Assembly (NCBI GenBank): GCA_965219625.1 | Contig: OZ244782.1 | Coordinates: 1,764,964-1,828,963, forward strand | Source of the DNA: Candidatus Multivoraceae bacterium | GTDB lineage: Bacteria; Acidobacteriota; Thermoanaerobaculia; Multivoradales; Multivoraceae | DNA length: 64,000 nt | Direction: 5' to 3' | Shown here: piece by piece, positions 28,948-38,954 of the stretch | Numbering within the stretch: position 1 is the stretch's first letter | How the letters are laid out: each line of letters starts with the position of its first letter | Position numbers and translations under genes: made by a program | The notes under the pieces: generated by a model | Database searches by the model: none | Told to the model about the DNA's origin: nothing | The model's input: the letters and a program-made list of their open reading frames with translations, nothing else

Positions 28948-29757
28948 CTACGCCGCCGTGCCGCCTTCGGCGCCCGTCGAAAGACGAATGATACGCAGGA
29001 ACGAGGCAGGATCAAGGCTTGCGCCGCCAATCAGGAAACCGTCGATGTCCGGGCGGCCGATCAGATCGCGGCAGTTTCCCGCGTTGACGGAGCCGCCATA
29101 GAGGATCCGAGTCGCCTCGCCGAGGCCGTTCCGGTGCTGCTCGAGGCGCCCGCGGAGGAAGCGATGGACCGAAGCCGCGACCCGCGGTGAAGCGCTGAGC
29201 CCGGTGCCGATCGCCCACACCGGCTCGTAGGCGATCATCGCGCCGGACCCGGGGTTGGCGGCATCGGCCGTTTCGAGGACTCCCGCGGCTTCGGAGAGCA
29301 ACTCGAGCAGAGAGTCGAGCTGTTCGGCAAGTACATCCTCCGTCTGCTCGCGCTCACGTTCCTCGAGAGTTTCGCCCAGGCAGACCAGCGGCACGAGACC
29401 CGCGGCCAGCGCCCGCGCCGCCTTCCGAGCGACTTCCTCGTTCGATTCGCCGTGATGCTCCCTCCGTTCCGAATGCCCGGCGAGCGCCCAGACGCAACCG
29501 GCGTCCCGTGCCTGGCCGGCGGCGATGTCGCCAGTGAAGGCGCCCTCCGCCTCGGCGTGCACGTCCTGCGCTCCGACCCGCACCCAGGCGGGCATCGCGG
29601 CGGCAGCCTGCGCGAGATGCACCGACGACGGGAACAGCGCGACCTCGACCTCGGCTTCCGGCGAACCGGCCGCATCGAGGGCTGAGGCGTACCGAGCGAT
29701 GTCGGCCGAAAGCAGGTTCATCTTCCAGTTGCCGGCGATGATCGGCGTTCGCTTCAT
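28948..29757 (-). CDS. tpiA: Triosephosphate isomerase
   Basis: AGNWKMN, GHSERR, AYEPVWAIGTG, YGGSVN, IGGASL. Confidence 0.97.
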   Translation of the reverse strand: MKRTPIIAGNWKMNLLSADIARYASALDAAGSPEAEVEVALFPSSVHLAQAAAAMPAWVRVGAQDVHAEAEGAFTGDIAAGQARDAGCVWALAGHSERREHHGESNEEVARKAARALAAGLVPLVCLGETLEEREREQTEDVLAEQLDSLLELLSEAAGVLETADAANPGSGAMIAYEPVWAIGTGLSASPRVAASVHRFLRGRLEQHRNGLGEATRILYGGSVNAGNCRDLIGRPDIDGFLIGGASLDPASFLRIIRLSTGAEGGTAA

Positions 29758-31004
29758 CGTGTTCTCCCTTGCGCCGCGCGGAGCGCCTCGACCGCGGGCA
29801 GCTCCTCGCCAGCCAGAAACGCGAGCGAGGCGCCGCCGCCGGTCGAGACATGGCCCATCCGATCTTCAAGGCCGGCCTGACGAACTGCGGCGACCGTTTC
29901 GCCGCCACCGACCACGGTAAACCCGGGGCATGCCGCCACGGCTTGCGCCACGGCAGAGCTCCCGGCGTCGAACGGCGGCGTCTCGAAGACTCCCATCGGG
30001 CCGTTCCAGAACAGGGTCCTCGCGTCCCCCGCCGCCACCGCGAAGCGGCGCCTCGTCGCAACGCCGATATCGACCGCGAGCCAGCCAGCCGGCACGCCGT
30101 CGACGGTCCGCGTCGTTCGCACCTCGCGCGAGTTGCCGGACCCGTCGACAGCCTCGAGAGAGTTCGTGACGACCAGATCGTCGGGCAGGACGAGTTCGGC
30201 GCCCTGAGCCGCCGTTCGGGCGACGATCTCGCGCGCGATGTCCAGGCCGTCCTCTTCCACCAGCGACGAACCGAGCTCCGCGCCACGGGCTGCCAGCAGC
30301 GTGTTCGCCATCCCGCCGCCGACCAGCACGCGGTCGACCAGGGGCAGCAGACGCTGGAGAACCGCAATCTTCCCGCCGATCTTCGCGCCGCCGGTGACCA
30401 GAGCGAACGGACGCGGCGGATCGCTCAACAGACGGCGGAGTTGACGCAGTTCTCGGTCGAGCAGCAGGCCGCTGTACGCGCGGCCTGCGTGGCGGAGGAT
30501 GCCGACGGTCGAGGCGTGGGCGCGATGGGCGGCGCCGAACGCGTCATTCACGTAGACCTCGCCGAGCGCTCCGAGTTCCGCTGCGAACTCCGGTTCGTTC
30601 CGTTCTTCGCCAGCGTGGAAGCGCAGGTTCTCGAACAGGCAGACGCCGCCTGATCGCGTCGCGGCTGCCGCGCCCCGTGCCGCAGCGCCGATCGTGTCTG
30701 CAGCGAAGGCGACAGGGTGGCCGAGGAGCGACCCGAGCGCCGCAGCGACCGGCCGCAGGGTCAAAGCCCGGTCCACCCGGCCCCGTGGCCGGCCCCGATG
30801 CGACAGCAGGAGGACTCGAGCGCCAGCGCGGACGAGCGCTCGAATCGTCCCCGCCGCCCGCCGGAGCCGGGTGTCGTCGAGTACGCGATCGCCGGCCATC
30901 GGCACATTGAAGTCGACACGGACGACGACGCGCCGGCCGGCCAGCGGGCCATTGCCGCCTTCCGTGGCGCCCCGGATATCTTGCGGCAGGTTCGAGGTCG
31001 ACAT
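29754..31004 (-). CDS. pgk: Phosphoglycerate kinase
   Basis: RVDFNVP, ENLRF, NDAFGAAHRAHAS, WNGPMGVFE, HVSTGGGASL. Confidence 0.96.
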   Translation of the reverse strand: MSTSNLPQDIRGATEGGNGPLAGRRVVVRVDFNVPMAGDRVLDDTRLRRAAGTIRALVRAGARVLLLSHRGRPRGRVDRALTLRPVAAALGSLLGHPVAFAADTIGAAARGAAAATRSGGVCLFENLRFHAGEERNEPEFAAELGALGEVYVNDAFGAAHRAHASTVGILRHAGRAYSGLLLDRELRQLRRLLSDPPRPFALVTGGAKIGGKIAVLQRLLPLVDRVLVGGGMANTLLAARGAELGSSLVEEDGLDIAREIVARTAAQGAELVLPDDLVVTNSLEAVDGSGNSREVRTTRTVDGVPAGWLAVDIGVATRRRFAVAAGDARTLFWNGPMGVFETPPFDAGSSAVAQAVAACPGFTVVGGGETVAAVRQAGLEDRMGHVSTGGGASLAFLAGEELPAVEALRAAQGRTR

Positions 31005-31067
31005 CGCAGGCTCGGGATCCTGGCGCGTGTTCGCTGCGCCGGAACTCGGGAGGATAACGTCGCCGAC

Positions 31068-32207
31068 ATGCCCGCAACAGATGAGCCGAGGATGTCGCCG
31101 GTTCGCTTCGTTCTCGGCATCGAGACGTCCTGTGACGACACCGCCTGCGCCGTGCTCGACGGTACGGGGCGAGTGCTGTCGTCTCAGGTGTCGAGCCAGC
31201 TCGCGGTGCACCGACCGTTCGGGGGCGTCGTGCCGGAGGCGGCCTCCCGCGAACATCTGCGGAACTGGCCGCTCGTCTCGGCAGCGGCGCTCGATGAGGC
31301 CGGCATCGACTGGAGCGACCTCTCGGCGGTTGCCGCGACGCGCGGTCCGGGGCTGGTCGGCTCGCTGCTCGTCGGCCTGTCGCTGGGCAAGGCGATCAGC
31401 TACTCGCTCGACGTTCCCTTTCTCGCCGTCCATCACCTGGAGGGACACCTCTACTCTCCGCTCCTGCGGAACGACGAAGCGAGCCTGCCGCTGCCCGAGT
31501 CGATGGTCGGCCTCGTCGTGTCCGGCGGCCATACCAGCCTGCTCGAGGTCGACGGCAAGACCGGCGCGGTGACCAGCCTGGCGGAGACACGGGACGACGC
31601 AATCGGCGAGGCGTTCGACAAGGTCGGCCGGCGTCTCGGGTTGCCGTTTCCGGGCGGGGCCGAGGTCGACCGGCTGGCCGAACGGGGCGACCCTGACGCA
31701 CGGCCCTTCGGGGTCGCCCGGGTCCGGTCGAACGAGCTGGCGTTCTCCTACTCGGGCCTGAAGAGCCAGGCCCTGCGGACCCTCGGCGAGATCGAATCCT
31801 CTTCACCGGTGCCGTCCCAAGCGCTCGCCGGCGATGACGAAGCGTGGCCGCAGGCCGTGCTCGATCTGCTGGCCGGGTTCCGACGAGCCGCCGTGGCCCA
31901 GCTCATCCGGCGGCTCGACCGGCTCGTTGCCGACCGGTCAGTCGATCGGCTGTCGGTTTCCGGCGGCGTTGCGGCAAACCGGCTGCTCCGCCGCGAGGTC
32001 ACGGCCTGGGGCGAGCTCCGCGGCGTCGAGGTGATGCTCGTGCCGCTCGGCTACAGCGGCGACAACGCCGCGATGATCGCGCACGCCGGGCTGCTGCGGC
32101 TTGAGCGCGGCGACGTCGACGACCCGCGCTCGGCGGACGCGGAGAGCCGCATCCCGTTCGCGCCGGCGGCGCGGGTCATTTCCCCTGCGGGTCAGTCGAT
32201 CAATTGA
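31068..32207 (+). CDS. tsaD: tRNA N6-threonylcarbamoyltransferase TsaD
   Basis: [52 protein letters not shown]. Confidence 0.95.
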   Translation: MPATDEPRMSPVRFVLGIETSCDDTACAVLDGTGRVLSSQVSSQLAVHRPFGGVVPEAASREHLRNWPLVSAAALDEAGIDWSDLSAVAATRGPGLVGSLLVGLSLGKAISYSLDVPFLAVHHLEGHLYSPLLRNDEASLPLPESMVGLVVSGGHTSLLEVDGKTGAVTSLAETRDDAIGEAFDKVGRRLGLPFPGGAEVDRLAERGDPDARPFGVARVRSNELAFSYSGLKSQALRTLGEIESSSPVPSQALAGDDEAWPQAVLDLLAGFRRAAVAQLIRRLDRLVADRSVDRLSVSGGVAANRLLRREVTAWGELRGVEVMLVPLGYSGDNAAMIAHAGLLRLERGDVDDPRSADAESRIPFAPAARVISPAGQSIN

Positions 32208-32971
32208 TCGAGCGGCGACGACGCCGTCGCGTAGAGCTTCTTCGGGATGCGGCCTGCGTGGGCCGCCAGCCATCCGGCCTCGACCGCGAGCTTCATCGCC
32301 CGGGCCATCCGCACCGGATTCTCGGCGCCGGCGACGCCGGTGTTCATCAGCACGCCGTCCGCCCCGAGTTCCATCGCCTGAGCCGCGTCGCTCGCGGTGC
32401 CGACGCCGGCATCGACGATCACCGGCACGGTCGCCTGCTCGACGATGATGCGGAGGTTCGCCGGATTCCGGATTCCCATTCCCGAGCCGATGGGCGCCGC
32501 CAGCGGCATCACCGCGGCAGCGCCCAGGTCTTCCAACTTGCGGCAGGTGATCGGATCGTCCGTCGTGTACGGCAGCACGACGAAGTCGTCGTCGACCAGC
32601 TCGCGAGTCGCCCGCAGCAGTTCCTCGTTGTCCGGGAACAGCGTCTTCTCGTCGCCGATGACTTCCAGCTTGACCCAGTTCCAGCCGCCCAGCTCGCGGG
32701 CCAGCCGGGCCGTACGCACCGCCTCATCAGCCGTGTAGCAGGCTGCGGTGTTCGGCAGCAGCAGATACCGGTTCTGGTCGATGTGGTCGATCAGCGAGCC
32801 CTTGCCAAGGTCGTCGAGGTTCACGCGGCGAAGCGCCACCGTGACCATCTCGGCGCCCGAGGCGTCGAAGGCCTCGTTCATCACCCGGTCGTCCCGGTAC
32901 TTGCCGGTGCCGAGGATCAAGCGCGAGCCGAAGGTGCGGTCAGCGATGACGAGTGGTTCGGGTTGGCTCAT
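32192..32971 (-). CDS. thiG: Thiazole synthase
   Basis: [48 protein letters not shown]. Confidence 0.96.
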   Translation of the reverse strand: MSQPEPLVIADRTFGSRLILGTGKYRDDRVMNEAFDASGAEMVTVALRRVNLDDLGKGSLIDHIDQNRYLLLPNTAACYTADEAVRTARLARELGGWNWVKLEVIGDEKTLFPDNEELLRATRELVDDDFVVLPYTTDDPITCRKLEDLGAAAVMPLAAPIGSGMGIRNPANLRIIVEQATVPVIVDAGVGTASDAAQAMELGADGVLMNTGVAGAENPVRMARAMKLAVEAGWLAAHAGRIPKKLYATASSPLDQLID

Positions 32972-33021
32972 GGCGTGGTCGTCCGGCGTCGGGTGGATTC
33001 GGCGGGCGGCGGCCGAAGGGT

Positions 33022-33693
33022 TCAGATCCCGCTCGCGGCGGGGATGAAGTACTCCGTGCCCCGAATCGGCCGCGCGATGTGATGGAGAAGCTCTTCGAAA
33101 TCGGTCGGCTTGTGCTCGAAATCCAGGTTGCGGCTATCGACGACGAGCAACGGCGATTCGTCGTAGTGGTAGTAGTGGTGGCTGTACGCCTCGATCAACT
33201 CGCCCAGGTAGTCCGCGGAGATGTCTTGCTCGATGTCGCGCCGACGTTTGCGGATGCGCGCCATGCAGGTTTCGATATCGGCGGTCAGGAAGATGAGCAG
33301 ATCAGGCCCCCGAAGCTGGGGCTCGAGGAGTTCGTACAGCTTCTCGAAGAGCATGAGGTCCTCGCCGACCAGGTTCATGCAGGCGAACAGGCGGCTCTTG
33401 GCGAACGTGTAGTCGGCCATTCGGATGGGCTCGAACAACTCGGTCTGGACCAGGTCGAGCTGCTGCTTGTACCGCGTGAGCAGAAAGTAGAGCTCGGTCT
33501 GGAATGCAGTCCCGGGCCGGTCGCGGTAGAACGCGTCGAGGAACGGATTGTCCACGTCTTCGAGGACCTTCACGCCCTCGAAGCGCTGCGCGAGCATCTC
33601 GACCAGGGTCGTCTTGCCTACGCCGATCGGTCCGTCGACGGCCAGGTACCGGTAGGGAAGCTCGTCCACGGGCACTGCGCGGGGACTATACAA
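33022..33693 (-). CDS. Deoxynucleoside kinase
   Basis: P-loop [36 protein letters not shown]. Confidence 0.9.
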   Translation of the reverse strand: MYSPRAVPVDELPYRYLAVDGPIGVGKTTLVEMLAQRFEGVKVLEDVDNPFLDAFYRDRPGTAFQTELYFLLTRYKQQLDLVQTELFEPIRMADYTFAKSRLFACMNLVGEDLMLFEKLYELLEPQLRGPDLLIFLTADIETCMARIRKRRRDIEQDISADYLGELIEAYSHHYYHYDESPLLVVDSRNLDFEHKPTDFEELLHHIARPIRGTEYFIPAASGI

Positions 33694-33785
33694 TCTCCGA
33701 ACATCGCCCGGCAGGGTGGCGGCGCGTACGCGCGAACCCGCCCCGTGCCGGTTGCACGACGAACTCTGGTGAGGGCTCGATTACG

Positions 33786-34787
33786 GTGAATCCCTGGTGG
33801 CGCAGACCGGTCGCGGAAGAAGGACGAGACGAAACGCCGGCAAGCGGCGCTCGCCGGAGCGAAGTCGAGAAATCGACCGTCCCGGCCGGAGACGAAGGCG
33901 GCGAAGACGGTGGACCTGCATCCATCGGGGCCGTCGCGGCAGACGCGTCGACGTTGGAGGCCGAGTCGGACGTGGCGCTTGACCGGGAGTCGTCTCCCGA
34001 GGGGGACGACGTCGAGCCGAAACCTGTCGAGCAGGAATCAACGTCAGCGGCGGAGTCGGCCGCCGAACAGGCCGCCGACGAGCCGCCGGTGTCGGCCGCG
34101 CTCGAAGCGGCAACCGAGCCGGCTGCGCCCGTCCGGTCGGGTGGTTCCGGAAGCGGGGACGGAGCGCCGCCGAAGCGTCGTCGGCGGCGGCGGCGGCGGC
34201 GTGGCGGCCGCGGCGGTCAGAGCATCGCGGAGGGCAGCGGCGACCGCGCCGACGCTGTTTCAGGCCAGGACGCTCCGCCGGCCTCTCGAACTGGAAGGGC
34301 TGGGGCCGCAGCCCACCCGCGCTTCGGCCGCACGGCGGTCCTCCTCGACCTCGGCGCCCTCGAACGAAGCCTCGGCGACGGCGCTTCGCCGGTGCTCGAC
34401 GATCTGTTCGCGCGTTTGTCCGACGAGTTCGGCAAGCTCGTCCTGCGCCGCGTGTACGCGAGTGTCGGCGACGGGCGGCTCGACCGCTCGGCACTCCACA
34501 CGAGCGGCGCCGAAGTCGTCGATGTCCCCATCCCCGGCGAGGAACGCGGCTGTCCGGCTGCCGTCCGCATCGTCATCGACGCTCTCGAGATGTGCTACAC
34601 GAAGCGAAGCGTGAACACGCTGGCAGTCGCCGCGACCTCTCCGCAGCTACTCCCCCTGATCGCCAAGCTGCAGCAGAACGGCGTGACCGTCATCGGCCTC
34701 GGCGGACCCGACGGCGACCCGCAAGTCCGCGCTCAGTGCGACCGTTTCATCGACCTCCAGCCCGAGATGCAGAGCGCGGGCGGATAG
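33786..34787 (+). CDS. NYN/LabA-like domain protein with disordered N-terminus and degenerate active site
   Basis: IVIDALEMCYTK...LIAKLQQNGVTVIGLG...CDRFIDL; acidic low-complexity N-terminus and KRRRRRRRRRGGRGG. Confidence 0.72.
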   Translation: MNPWWRRPVAEEGRDETPASGARRSEVEKSTVPAGDEGGEDGGPASIGAVAADASTLEAESDVALDRESSPEGDDVEPKPVEQESTSAAESAAEQAADEPPVSAALEAATEPAAPVRSGGSGSGDGAPPKRRRRRRRRRGGRGGQSIAEGSGDRADAVSGQDAPPASRTGRAGAAAHPRFGRTAVLLDLGALERSLGDGASPVLDDLFARLSDEFGKLVLRRVYASVGDGRLDRSALHTSGAEVVDVPIPGEERGCPAAVRIVIDALEMCYTKRSVNTLAVAATSPQLLPLIAKLQQNGVTVIGLGGPDGDPQVRAQCDRFIDLQPEMQSAGG

Positions 34788-34909
34788 ACGGCGCCGGAGC
34801 GCGGCGCGGGGCCGGAAAGGCGAGCTGAGAACGGGCTGTCCAACCCATCGCCAGGACCGACAGAAGCTGCTAGTCTGCGTTCCTTCGCGCTGGGAACCGC
34901 TGCCCAAGT

Positions 34910-34986
34910 GCACCCTTAGCTCAACTGGATAGAGCGTCGGACTACGGATCCGAAGGTTGGGGGTTCGACTCCTCCAGGGTGCACCA
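34910..34986 (+). tRNA. tRNA-Arg (ACG)
   Basis: GCACCCTTAGCTCAACTGGATAGAGCG TCGGA CT ACG GA TCCGA...GGTTCGACTCC...AGGGTGCACCA. Confidence 0.97.
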
Positions 34987-35134
34987 CCTGCTCATCCCCG
35001 CCTGCCGCCGGGCCCGCAGGAAATCTGTCGCCGGCGGCGGCACACAAGCGACCGGAAGACGACGAGCGCTCGCGCGGCGAAGCGTATGATGCCGACGCGC
35101 CGGGCGGCGCCACGCACCAGGAGGAGGACACGGC

Positions 35135-36040
35135 ATGAGCGCAGACGAGAGCGGCAACGGTTCCACCGAGTACGTACCGCCGAAGGTCTGGAAGTGGGAA
35201 ACGGAGAGCGGCGGTCGGTTCGCGAAGATCAACCGGCCGATCGCCGGAGCGACCCACGAGAAGGAACTGCCGGTAGGAAAGCACCCGCTCCAGCTCTACT
35301 CGCTGGGTACGCCGAACGGCGTGAAGGTGACGATCCTGCTCGAGGAGCTCCTCGCGCTGGGTCACCGAGGCGCCGAATACGATGCGTTCCTGATCAACAT
35401 CGGCGAGGGCGACCAGTTCTCGAGCGGTTTCGTCGCGGCGAACCCGAACTCGAAGATCCCGACGCTCATGGACCACAGTGTCGATCCTCCGACGCGAGTG
35501 TTCGAGTCCGCCTCGATTCTGCTCTATCTGGCCGAGAAGTTCGGCGAGTTCCTGCCGACGGAGCACGGCCCCCGCACCGAGTGCCTGAACTGGCTGTTCT
35601 GGCAGATGGGCAGCGCGCCCTACCTGGGCGGCGGCTTCGGCCACTTCTACGCCTACGCGCCGGAGAAGATCAAGTACGCGATCGACCGCTACACGATGGA
35701 GGTCAAGCGGCAGGTCGACGTGCTCGACCGTCACCTGGCGGATGCGGAGTACATGGCCGGCGACGAGTACACGATTGCCGACATGGCGATATGGCCATGG
35801 TACGGCGGCCTGGTGGCTGGCGTGATGTACGGCGCCGCCGAGTTCATCGAGGCCCACACGTACGAGAACGTGCGCCGCTGGGGCAAGCAGATTTCCGAGC
35901 GGCCGGCGGTCAAGCGCGGCCGGATGGTGAACCGCACCTACGGCCCGCCCGAGAGCCAGCTCCGAGAGCGTCACGACGCGAGCGACTTCGAGACGAGAAC
36001 CCAGGACAAGCTGGAACCTGAGGCGCACGCGGGTTCCTGA
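35135..36040 (+). CDS. yghU: Glutathione-dependent disulfide-bond oxidoreductase (Nu-class GST)
   Basis: YVPPKVWKW, LQLYSLGTPNGVKV, NPNSKIP, LRERHDASDF. Confidence 0.93.
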   Translation: MSADESGNGSTEYVPPKVWKWETESGGRFAKINRPIAGATHEKELPVGKHPLQLYSLGTPNGVKVTILLEELLALGHRGAEYDAFLINIGEGDQFSSGFVAANPNSKIPTLMDHSVDPPTRVFESASILLYLAEKFGEFLPTEHGPRTECLNWLFWQMGSAPYLGGGFGHFYAYAPEKIKYAIDRYTMEVKRQVDVLDRHLADAEYMAGDEYTIADMAIWPWYGGLVAGVMYGAAEFIEAHTYENVRRWGKQISERPAVKRGRMVNRTYGPPESQLRERHDASDFETRTQDKLEPEAHAGS

Positions 36041-36048
36041 AACGAACG

Positions 36049-37155
36049 ATGGCCGTTCAGACGGACTTCACCCGAGAGCAGGAGCTTCTTCGCGACGTCG
36101 TGGCGCGAGCGCTCCGCGACAAGTCCTCGACGAATGCGGTCCGCGAGTTGATGGAGTCGGAGCGGGGCTACGACCCTGCGGTCTGGCAGGAGCTGTTGAG
36201 CGATGCCGGGTTTGCCGGGGTCCATGTCGCGGAGGCGTACGGCGGGGTCGGCGGCGGCGCCGTCGAGCTCGGCATCGTCGCCGAAGAGATGGGCAGGACC
36301 CTCTTCTGCGGGCCCTTCCTCGCGTCCGTCGTCATGGCCGGCAGCGCGCTTCAGGAAGCAGCGGACGAGACCGCGCGAGCCGAGCTGTTGCCGGACATCG
36401 CGTCGGCGGCGACGATCGCGACGCTGGTCCTGGACGATCTGAACTCGCCGGCCGGCGTCGGTCGTTCGATTCGGGCGACTGCCCAGGGACGGCTCTCGGG
36501 CACTGCCGCCATCGTCATCGATGGCCACATTGCCGACCTGCTGTTCGTCGTCGCCGCAACGGAGGCCGGGCTTGGCCTGCACGCGGTGGACCAGGGCGCG
36601 GCCGGTCTCTCGGTCGAGCCGCTCGAGGCCGTCGATCCGACGCGCAAGCTGTCCCGGGTGACACTGTCCGACGTTCCCGGACGGTTCATCGGTTAGGTGT
36701 CCGCCAAGACGCTTGATCGGATCTGGGATCGGATCTGCTCAGCGCTCGCGCACGAGATGATCGGCGGCGCAAGGCAGCTGTTCGAGTCGACCGTCGAATA
36801 CACGAAGGAGCGGTTCCAGTTCGGCCGGCCGATCGGTTCCTTCCAAGCGCTCAAGCACCGCTGCGCGGACTTGCTGCTCGAGATCGAGCTGGCACGGGCG
36901 GTGACCTACCACTCGGCGCGTTGCCTCGACGCGGGCGAGGGCGAGCCCTGGGCTTCGAGCATGGCAAAGGCGGCGGCCGCCGACGCGTACATGAGCGCGG
37001 CAAGAGCGGGCATCCAATTGCGGGGAGGGATCGGCTTCACCTGGGAAAACGACACCCATCTGTGGTTCAAGCGAGCGAAGAGCTCCGAGGTGCTGCTTGG
37101 CGCCCCGGCGGTCCATCGCGAGCGGATGATGACGATGCTGGAGGGCGCGGCTTGA
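36049..37155 (+). pseudogene. Acyl-CoA dehydrogenase (non-catalytic-type partner subunit) interrupted by in-frame TAG at 36694-36696
   Basis: ORFs 36049-36696 and 36697-37155 are same-frame and contiguous; joined they give one ACAD (DPTRKL..., RFQFGRPIGSFQALKH, GGIGFTWE). Confidence 0.85.
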
Positions 37156-38396
37156 ATCCGGAGCGGATTCGCCGGGAGGTCGCGCGCTGGCTGGACGCGA
37201 ACTGGCGCATCGACCGCCCCTTGATCGAGTGGCGGGAGCTCCTGCTCGAAGGCGGCTGGGCGGCGCCGCACTGGCCCGAGGAATGGTACGGACGCGGCTT
37301 CACGCTCGACCAGACGGCGATCGTCGCCGAGGTCTTCAGGGAGAAAGACGCGATCCCGGCCGCCCAGGTCGGTCCGCGGGGCCTCGCCTCGGAGACGATC
37401 CTCGCCTGCGGTTCGGACGACCAGAAGCTGCGGTTCCTCCGGCCCATCCTGACCGGTGAGCACACCTGGTGCCAGCTCTTCAGCGAGCCCGGCAGCGGTT
37501 CCGACCTGGCGGGTCTCTGCACCCGCGCCGAGTTGAAGGACGGCAAGTGGATGATCAACGGCCAGAAGGTCTGGAACACGAGCGCCCACCACGCGGACTT
37601 CGGGCTCCTCGTCGCGCGGACCGACTGGGACGTGCCGAAACACCAGGGGATCAGCTACTTCCTGTTGAACATGCGCCAGCCCGGCGTCGAGGCACGGCCG
37701 CTCAGGCAGATGAACGGACACCAGTCGTTCAACGAGGTCTTCCTGACGAACGCCGTCGTGCCGCCCGAGGACCTGATCGGCGGCGAGGGCAACGGCTGGC
37801 ACGTGGCGAAGACGACGCTCTCCTTCGAACGGCGCGGCTTCAGCCGCCGGGTTCGCGGTTCCTCGCTCGGCGGGCCGAAGCAGGGACCGATCTACGCCGA
37901 GTACGAAGAAGAGCTTCGGATCGCGACGGAGCCGTATACCTGGTATCCGCAGCGCGAGGGCCGGGTCGACCTCGTCTTGCCGCGGGCCCGCGAGACCGGC
38001 ACGATCCGGGATCCGGCGGTGCGACAGGAAATCGCGAAGCTGATCTGCCTCGAAGCCGGCGCGCGGCTCGCCTCCGACAGCGCCGAGGCGAAGCGGAGGG
38101 CCGGCACGACGGAGATCATTCCCGCCGGGTCGATCGGCAAACTCGCGGCGAGCGTCATCGCGCGCCAGGCTTCCCACGTCCACACGATGATCGGCGGCGC
38201 GGACGCCATGCTGAGCGGACCGACATCGGCAGCGGAGGGGATCATCGCGGAGGTCCTCGTCTCGGTGCCCGCGATCTCGATCGCCGGCGGCACGGACGAG
38301 ATCCAGCGGAACATCATCTCCGAGCGGGTGCTCGGGATGCCAAAGGGCTATCGCGCCGACCAGGGCCCGTTTCGCGACATCAAGCGCAACGCGTGA
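37152..38396 (+). CDS. Acyl-CoA dehydrogenase
   Basis: WCQLFSEPGSGSDLA, NGQKVWNT, FNEVFL, IAGGTDEIQRNIISERVLGMPK; TTG start overlaps upstream stop. Confidence 0.92.
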   Translation: MNPERIRREVARWLDANWRIDRPLIEWRELLLEGGWAAPHWPEEWYGRGFTLDQTAIVAEVFREKDAIPAAQVGPRGLASETILACGSDDQKLRFLRPILTGEHTWCQLFSEPGSGSDLAGLCTRAELKDGKWMINGQKVWNTSAHHADFGLLVARTDWDVPKHQGISYFLLNMRQPGVEARPLRQMNGHQSFNEVFLTNAVVPPEDLIGGEGNGWHVAKTTLSFERRGFSRRVRGSSLGGPKQGPIYAEYEEELRIATEPYTWYPQREGRVDLVLPRARETGTIRDPAVRQEIAKLICLEAGARLASDSAEAKRRAGTTEIIPAGSIGKLAASVIARQASHVHTMIGGADAMLSGPTSAAEGIIAEVLVSVPAISIAGGTDEIQRNIISERVLGMPKGYRADQGPFRDIKRNA

Positions 38397-38442
38397 CCCG
38401 CGGAGGAGCCGTGGCAGCTGGCGTTGGCGACCGGTCTCCTGG

Positions 38443-38725
38443 CCGGCGACGCTGAATCCGCTCTTCCCGTCCGACGCGGCGTCCGCCTGGACGATGTTCG
38501 GGATGCTCTTCGCGTGGCTGCTCGTCCGTCATGGCAACCCGGCGGACTACGACTGGAACTCGAACGTCGTCCTCGATGTGCAGCGATCAGCGGATGGCGA
38601 CACAAGGAGATCGACGGCGACCGGGTCCGGTTCAGCTTCGAGCTTTCGTACACCGCCGGCCTTACCGACGTGCGGCCGGTGCTGGACATCCTTCGCGAGG
38701 ACTTACGTCGCCTCGGCGTCGAGAG
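38443..38725 (+). pseudogene. Possible internally deleted peptide ABC substrate-binding protein (family 5) remnant
   Basis: One frame gives PATLNPLFPSD...LF..LL...SADG; another gives GWRHKEIDGDRVRFSFEL...ILREDLRRLGVE, resembling distant parts of OppA/DppA. Confidence 0.4.
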
Positions 38726-38759
38726 TCCATATCCCTTGCTTCTCGTACGGCGTCGCACG

Positions 38760-38893
38760 TTCGAGGGCTGGCACAACACCCATCGGAGACACTCCGCGAT
38801 CGGACACCTGTCGCCCGCCAATTTCGAAAGACGATACCGAGAGGCTGCTTGATTACCTAAACACAAACTGTCCACTAAACCGGGGCAACTCCA
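38760..38893 (+). mobile_element. IS3-family right-end remnant
   Basis: FEGWHNTHRRHSAIGHLSPANFE transposase tail followed by terminal TGTCCACTAAACCGGGGCAACTCCA. Confidence 0.85.
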
Positions 38894-38954
38894 CTCGTCG
38901 CACCGTCGGCGGGCGTGCAGCTCGTGCGCTCGTCATTGAGTAGGCCCCCGCCTC

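Noticed and set aside
32192-32971. thiG without adjacent thiS or TPP riboswitch
   Set aside because: Dispersed thiamine genes are common; only 50 bp upstream, probably co-transcribed with the kinase
36694-36696. Genome-wide TAG recoding or pyrrolysine
   Set aside because: TAG ends many intact genes here (tpiA, secG, mmsA, gabD) and no pyl genes are present in the window
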